Shown here piece by piece: positions 56,366 through 64,000 of a stretch of DNA of 64,000 bases (the first letter of the stretch is position 1; every line of letters begins with the position of its first letter). The stretch is taken from assembly GCA_965202665.1 (NCBI GenBank), contig OZ241841.1, positions 1,248,001 to 1,312,000 of the forward strand, written 5' to 3'. Source of the DNA: Candidatus Spongiisociaceae bacterium. Lineage in GTDB: Bacteria; Actinomycetota; Acidimicrobiia; Spongiisociales; Spongiisociaceae. Below the pieces are notes generated by a model. That model was not told the origin of the DNA. It saw only the letters and a list, made by a program, of their open reading frames with translations, and did no database searches. Position numbers and translations under genes: made by a program.

Positions 56366-58265
56366 CCGCCAACCTGTGGGCGGTGATCGCCCTGCCTTTA
56401 GCCGGGGCGGCGGTCAACCATTTCTTCGGACGGCGGATGGGAGGACGGCGGGCCTGCGGCCTGGCCATCCTGGCGGTGGGGGCCTCCTTCGCCTACGCGG
56501 CGGCGGCCGCCCTGCCTTTCCTGGCCGGCGGGGAGAAAGCCGAAGAAGCGGCGGCGGTCGTCCCCCTGTTCGACTGGATACCGAGCTTGGGGGCGGCGGC
56601 GGAACTGCTGTGGGATCCGCTGGCGGCGGTAATGACCCTGGTGGTTACCGGGGTGGGGTCGCTCATCCACATCTACGCGGCGGGCTACATGCGCGACGAC
56701 CCGCGCCTGGCCCGCTTCTTCACCTACCTGAACCTGTTCATCGCCTCCATGTTGATCTTGGTTTTAGCCAACAACTTTGCGGTCCTGTTCGTGGGATGGG
56801 AGTTGGTCGGACTGTGCTCCTATCTGCTCATTTCCTTCTGGTACGTCCGACCGGCGGCGGCGGCCGCCGCCCGCAAAGCCTTCGTGGTCAACCGGATAGG
56901 GGACTTCGGTTTCATGATCGCCCTCATGCTGATCTTCGCCTCCTTCGGAACCCTCTCCTATTCGACGGTCCTGAACGGCCCCGGGGAGGTGATCGGCTCC
57001 TCCACCGCCGCCGCCATCGGGCTGCTGCTGTTAGTGGGGGCGGCGGGCAAGTCGGCCCAAGTCCCTCTTTACGTGTGGTTGCCGGACGCCATGGAAGGCC
57101 CCACCCCGGTTTCGGCCCTCATCCACGCCGCCACCATGGTCACCGCCGGGGTGTACATGGTGGCCCGCACCGGGGCCCTCTACGGCCTGAGCGACCTGGC
57201 CGGGGGGATGGTGGCCGCGGCGGGGGCGGCCACCGCCTTGTTGGCGGCCACCATCGCCCTCGCCCAGCGGGACATCAAACGGGTGCTGGCTTATTCCACC
57301 ATAAGCCAATTGGGGTACATGTTCATGGCGGTGGGGGCGGCCGGTTACACGGCCGGCCTGTTCCACCTGGTCACGCACGCCGTGTTCAAAGCCCTGCTCT
57401 TTTTAGGGGCCGGCTCGGTCATCCACGCCATGGGCGGCGAGCAGGACATGAACCGGATGGGCGGCCTGGCCAAAAAGACGCCGGTCACCCATTTCACGAT
57501 GGTCGTCGCCACCCTGGCCATCGCCGGAGTTCCGCCCCTGGCCGGGTTCTGGTCCAAAGATGAAATCCTGGCGGTGCTGTTCGAATCGGGCGGATATTTT
57601 ATGGCTTTGTGGGCGGTGGGGGTGGCCACCGCCCTGCTCACCGCCTTCTACATGGGCCGCCAGTACTTCCTGGTGTTCTGGGGGAAGCCCCGCTGGCCGG
57701 ACGGGGTTCATCCCCACGAATCCCCCCGGGTGATGACCGTCCCGTTGCTGATCTTGGCGGCGGCCACCATCGGCATCGGTTTCATCAACACCCCCTTCCG
57801 CCTGGCCTTCGAGCATTTTTTGGAGCCGGCCTTTCACGGGGTAAAACAGGCCCACGCCCCGGAAAGCGGAATGTTGCTGGCCGCCCTGGCCCTGATTTCC
57901 ATCGCGGCCGGGCTGGCCGGGATCGCCATCGCCTTCCTGCTCTACGGGCGGGCCTCCGAGGAAAACCGAGAGCGGTTGCTGGCCCGCCTGCGCCGCCCGC
58001 TGACCGCCATGGAACACGGCTACTGGGTGGACGACATGTACGGGCGGTTGGCGGTGATACCCGGGCGGCGCCTGGCCGAATGGACCGCCCGGGTGGCGGA
58101 ACAGCGAATAATCGACGGAGCGGTAAACGGGACGGGGGCCCTGGTTAGGCGCCTGGGCAAGCGGTTGCGCCCGGTGCAGTCCGGCTACGTGCGGGCCTAC
58201 GGGGTTGTGCTGGCCGCCGGAACGGTGGCGGTGATGATCTGGATCGTGTTTCGGGGGCTGTGGTA

Positions 58266-58266
<1 letters not shown>
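56362..58266 (+). CDS. nuoL: NADH-quinone oxidoreductase subunit L
   Basis: [58 protein letters not shown]. Confidence 0.96.
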
Positions 58267-59797
<1,531 letters not shown>

Positions 59798-59798
<1 letters not shown>

Positions 59799-61252
59799 TG
59801 GACGTTTCCTACCTGGCCGTCGCCCCGGAAATTTTGCTGTTGGCGGGGGCCGTTTTGGCGTTGATGATGGACGTCTTCTTCCGCCCGGGGGCCCGCGGGC
59901 ACGCCTGTCTGATCGCCTTCTGCTACCTGGCGGCGGCCGGGGCGGTGGCCGGGCAGTGGCGGCGGGTAGCCGCGGACGGCGGCTCCCTGTCCTTCGGGGA
60001 AACGGTTTTGCTGTCCCAACACACGGTCGCCCTGCGGGGAATACTGCTGGCGGCCGCCGTCCTGGGGACCCTGGCCGCGTGGCCGATGCTGGCCGGATTG
60101 GGACGGCGCACCGCCGAAGGGGCGTCCCTGGCTTTGACGGCGACCGCCGGGTTTATGCTGATGTCCTCCTCCGTCAACCTGGTTCTCCTGTTCGTGGCCT
60201 TGGAAATCGGCTCCATCGCCCTGTACGTGCTGACCGGCATCGTGCGCAACTCCATCGCCGGCGACGAGGCGGCGGTCAAATATTTTCTGCTGGGGGCGTT
60301 CGCCTCCGCCATTTTCATCTACGGGGCGGCCCTGGTGTTCGCCGGAACCGGGGAGATGGGCTTGCCCGGCATCTCCGCTTTTCTAGGTTCCACGGTGGTG
60401 TTGCGTCCGGCGGTGATCCTGATCGGAACGGGGCTGCTGGTGGTGGGAATGTGCTTCAAAGTGACCGCCGCCCCCTTCCACTCTTGGGCCCCCGATGTCT
60501 ATCAGGGGGCCCCGGCCGGGGCGGTGGGGTTTATGGCCTCCGTCGCCAAAGTGGCCGGGTTCGCCGCCCTGCTCAACATTCTGTTCCTCGGCTTCTCCCC
60601 CCAACCGGGGCATTGGCTGCCGGAGGCGTGGGCGGACGGGCTGGCGGTCCTGGCCGCGGCCTCGGTGGCGGTCGGAACCCTGCTGGCCATCGTGCAAAGC
60701 GACGTGCGGCGCATGCTGGCCTATTCGGGGGTGGCCCACGCCGGTTTCATCCTCACCGGGATGGCCGCCGGGACGGCGGGGACGACCGGGGTGATCTTCT
60801 ACCTGGCCGCCTATTCGGTGATGGTGGTGGGGGCGTTTGCGGCGGTGTCGGTGGTGAGCGGCGACCCGGCGCAGGGACCGTCCGCCGACACTTTCGACTT
60901 CTACCGGGGACTGGGGCGCCGCTCCCCCTGGGTGGCGGCCAGCCTGTCCCTGCTGTTGATAGGGATGTCGGGGATGCCCCTCACCTCCGGCTTCATCGGC
61001 AAATTTGAGGTGTTCCGCCTCGCCTGGAACGGCGGGTTCCGGTGGCTGGTGATCGTCGGGTTGCTGGCTTCGGCGGCCGCTTTCTTCTACTACCTGCGAC
61101 TCATCGTCCTCATGTATTTCCAGTCCGAAGAGGACGGCCCCGCCGAGTCGCCCGCCGCCCCGGCTTCAGTGCGGTGGGCCCTGGGGGCGTGCAGCGCGGT
61201 CACGATCGGGTTGGGGGTTTTCCCCGGCCCGTTGCTTGAGTTGCTAAGTTGA
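59798..61252 (+). CDS. nuoN: NADH-quinone oxidoreductase subunit N
   Basis: EAAVKYF, FKV.AAPFHSWAPDVYQGAP, RMLAYS..AHAG, GMPLTSGF.GK, YYLR. Confidence 0.96.
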
Positions 61253-62475
61253 ACGAACCGGGCCGGGGTGCGGGAACCGGGGGCCGGGGGCGGGGGCTGA
61301 CGGCGGGGGCGGCCCTTCTTCTAGCGGTAGTCGGGTGGGCGGGGGCGGCGGACGGAGCGGCGGGGGCGGAACGGCTGGCCTCCCGGGCGGCCGCCGACGT
61401 GGTGCTGGTGGCGGAGGGCGACGTAGTAGCCGACGACCTCTACGCGGCCGGGCAGGTGATCACCATCAACGGGCTGGTGGAAGGCGACCTGTTTTTCTGG
61501 GCGGCCGATCGGCTGGAAATCAACGGCGAAGTCACCGGAAACGTGACCGGGGCGGCGGGGACGATGCGCATCAACGGACGGGTGGGCGGATCGGTGCGGG
61601 TGGTGGGCTGGGACCTGGCGGCGGGCGGGTCGGTGGGACGGGACCTGTTCGGCATCGGATGGCGGGTGGCGGTCGACGGGGCGATCGGACGGGATGTTCT
61701 GGCCTGGACCCGCAACTTGGCGGCGGGCGGGTCGGTGGGACGCGACATCGCCGGCCAGGCGCGGGGGACGGCCCTGTTGTCCGGGAGGGTGGGGCGGGAT
61801 GTGGACATGACCGTGAACCGGTTGCGGGTGGCGGACGGGGCCGACATCGCCGAAGACCTGGTGTACCGCAGCCCCCGCTCAGCGACAGTTTCCGAACAGG
61901 CGACGGTGGGGGGCAACCTGATCCGGCGCCCTCCGTTGGTCCCCAACCTGAGCGTGGGAGCGGCCAGCACCGCCCTGACCATCGCCATATGGCTGTTCTA
62001 TATGATTGTCGGACTGCTGGTCATCAGAATCCCCGGCTACGGGCAGGCGGCCCAACGAGTGCGCGCCCGCCCCTGGTTCTCGCTGGGCTGGGGGGCGGTG
62101 ATGTTGCTGGGGCTGCCTTTGCTGTTCGCCCTGGCCCTGTGGGTGGTAATCGTTTTCGCCGGCTGGAATTTGTGGATTGCGCTGGGGGCGGCCCTGGTGG
62201 GGGCCATCTTGGTTGCGGTACTGGGAATAGCGGCCGGGCTGTGCTCCATTCCGGCCCTGATCGCAACCGGGCGTTGGTTGTCCCGGGGGCGGCTGAGCCC
62301 CTACGGGGCCTTTGCGCTGGTCGCCGGCGCGGTCGGGCTGTCGCTACTTCTTGCCCCCTTCTACATCGGCCAGGCCCTGTTGGGGGCGGCCGCCCTCTTC
62401 GGGGCGGGGGCGGCGTTCGGGGAGCCGCGGAAAAACTCCCGCCTTACTCGCTCTCCACCAGGTAATACATGTTGA
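61249..62475 (+). CDS. membrane protein with extracellular beta-helix (polymer-forming/bactofilin-like repeats) and C-terminal TM bundle
   Basis: Signal-like N-terminus; ~15-aa repeats (ITINGLVEGDL, LEINGEVTGNV, MRINGRVGGSV, GGSVGRDL); about 5-6 TM helices. Confidence 0.7.
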   Translation: MNEPGRGAGTGGRGRGLTAGAALLLAVVGWAGAADGAAGAERLASRAAADVVLVAEGDVVADDLYAAGQVITINGLVEGDLFFWAADRLEINGEVTGNVTGAAGTMRINGRVGGSVRVVGWDLAAGGSVGRDLFGIGWRVAVDGAIGRDVLAWTRNLAAGGSVGRDIAGQARGTALLSGRVGRDVDMTVNRLRVADGADIAEDLVYRSPRSATVSEQATVGGNLIRRPPLVPNLSVGAASTALTIAIWLFYMIVGLLVIRIPGYGQAAQRVRARPWFSLGWGAVMLLGLPLLFALALWVVIVFAGWNLWIALGAALVGAILVAVLGIAAGLCSIPALIATGRWLSRGRLSPYGAFALVAGAVGLSLLLAPFYIGQALLGAAALFGAGAAFGEPRKNSRLTRSPPGNTC

Positions 62476-64000
62476 CCGGCCCGTCGTCGATGTGGGCCGT
62501 AACCTCTTGCGCGTCCTCTTCTTTTATTTCCCTCCGGAACTGATCGAAGGCGATGGGGGCGCCGGCGGAGTCGAAGTAGTGGTCGTTGTCGTCTAAAGAA
62601 AACAACAATATTTCCGGCTCGTCGCCGCCGGTGGTCACCACCAGGTTGTTGTTATCGGCGTCTTTGTGCAGGATTTCAACCTGTTCATATTCGTCCTCGT
62701 CCGGTTCCTCCGCCCAATAATGACGGGCGGCCTTGCTGATGGTTTCGTCGGCGGTGCGGGCCACGATTTTTTCGACGGCGCCGGCCGATGAGTCGCGGTC
62801 GTAGGAAACCGCGAAGTTCCCCCGGCTGCTGGTGTTGCGGCTGATGGCCGGGTCGGCTTCGGAGCCGCCTATCCCGTTTTCCTGGTCGGACCAGAGGTTG
62901 ATGCGCGCCCCCCGTATGGGTCGCCCGTACTGGTCGGTCAAGGCAACGGTCAACCGGTTGGTCCCCCCCGACCCGGAAGAAGTGGCCCGGGTGTAGGGCG
63001 GGTCCTGTTGGATAAGCAGGCTGGTGGGGGCGGGGGGGGCGTCGTCCCAGTCCACCGTCCGACGGCTACGCACCACTCCCACCGTTGACTCATCGTCGAT
63101 GCGGAGGGTGGCGGAAATGTTGCTCACCTCCAACCTGACGTTGGTGAAGTCATTGGAAGCCGACGGGTCCGAATAGCGCAAGGTGCGGGTGGCCCGGCCG
63201 TCGGAATTGGTGGTCAGGGTTTGCGAGCGGCCGCCGGAGGCGACCCCGGACTGGTTGGCGTATACGCGGAGGTTGAAGGTTATCCCCCGCCGAGAAACGG
63301 CGGTTCCGTCCTCGTCCACCGCTTGAAAGGTGAAAGTCACCGCATCGCCGTAGCGGACTCGCAACGCCCCATCCGGCATGTCGTCGGTTATCCGCAGGGC
63401 GGCCGCCCCCTTGTCGGCGGTGAATCTCAGGGTGCCGTAGTCAACCGTATCGGCGTCGAATTCATCATCCTCGTCGCCCGCCCAGGCCCACATGGTCAGC
63501 GTATTGGGAACGGACAGCGTGAAAAGGAGATTTCCCTGCTCGTCGGTGAAGTCGTCGTTATCGTCGATCTGGCAGACCGCGGAATTGCCGGAATAGCCGG
63601 TGATTACGCTCAGGAAACACCGGCCGTCCCGTCTGATGGCCTGGCTGGCCGAGCGGGCAGTGAAAATGTCCACGGGGCGGTCCTGGAAGGGGGCGAAGTC
63701 GGCGGTGCGCACCGAGGCCGCCACCCGCACCCGGTTGCCGGCGGAAACAGACAGGTTTTCGGTTTGAACGGTAACCCCGGCCGGCCGGGCCTGGGTGTGG
63801 GCCAAAGCCCGGGTGATGAAAGCCGCCATCTGCCCGCGGGTGACCGGCCGCTCCGGGGAAAAAGAGTTATAACCGGTTCCGGTGGTAACCCCCATCTCAT
63901 ACAACCGGCGAATGGCGTCGTGGGCGCCGCGGTTCAGATGGCCGATGTCGGTGAAAATTTCGTCATCGGGCTGAACATCGTCGATGTCCGAACCGCCCGG
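62444..64000 (-). CDS. S-layer homology (SLH) domain surface protein with Ig-like repeats (5' part outside window)
   Basis: Frame is open to the window end: FTDIGHL...AIRRLYEMGVTTG...FSPERPVTRGQMAAFITRAL SLH motif, followed by beta-rich Big-like domains (TDQYGRPI, TNSDGRAT). Confidence 0.8.
   Translation of the reverse strand, partial: PGGSDIDDVQPDDEIFTDIGHLNRGAHDAIRRLYEMGVTTGTGYNSFSPERPVTRGQMAAFITRALAHTQARPAGVTVQTENLSVSAGNRVRVAASVRTADFAPFQDRPVDIFTARSASQAIRRDGRCFLSVITGYSGNSAVCQIDDNDDFTDEQGNLLFTLSVPNTLTMWAWAGDEDDEFDADTVDYGTLRFTADKGAAALRITDDMPDGALRVRYGDAVTFTFQAVDEDGTAVSRRGITFNLRVYANQSGVASGGRSQTLTTNSDGRATRTLRYSDPSASNDFTNVRLEVSNISATLRIDDESTVGVVRSRRTVDWDDAPPAPTSLLIQQDPPYTRATSSGSGGTNRLTVALTDQYGRPIRGARINLWSDQENGIGGSEADPAISRNTSSRGNFAVSYDRDSSAGAVEKIVARTADETISKAARHYWAEEPDEDEYEQVEILHKDADNNNLVVTTGGDEPEILLFSLDDNDHYFDSAGAPIAFDQFRREIKEEDAQEVTAHIDDGPVNMYYLVESE

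Overview
High-GC bacterial chromosomal segment. Gene content (hspR-dnaJ-grpE-dnaK, DUF3151, rex, SLH protein, split cytochrome b) suggests a deep-branching actinobacterium such as Acidimicrobiia; this is inferred, not proven. The left half is mixed housekeeping and accessory: a truncated ArdC-like gene at the edge, two tandem AapJ-type binding proteins, dxs, ppk1, TetR, purA, ltaE, an AAA+/DUF4143 gene behind an AT-rich promoter, tadA, a long Alu-domain SRP RNA, tRNA-Ser(GGA), menG-like, serS, tRNA-Leu(CAG), a sugar-ABC/DUF917/hydantoinase/dipeptidase catabolic operon, GH13, recA with a PafBC-type promoter, a frameshifted hipBA and the dnaK operon. The right half (~35.4-62.5 kb) is a respiratory supercluster with a b6f-like Rieske/cytochrome b operon carrying a ferredoxin, then rex and a complete nuoA-N operon. 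The main observation is the operon divergent from the Rieske/cyt b genes. It encodes an intact cbb3-type oxidase subunit I (CcoN) homologue with no histidine at all, so every heme/CuB ligand and the cross-linked Tyr is gone. It also encodes a CcoO whose axial Met is replaced by His, and a membrane cytochrome c. CcoO, that cytochrome c and the cytochrome b subunit IV all begin with the same ~35-45 aa N-terminal module followed by Ala/Pro linkers. This suggests a catalytically dead oxidase scaffold repurposed as an electron-transfer or assembly partner of the bc complex. All assignments come from motif reading by eye; no database searches were run.
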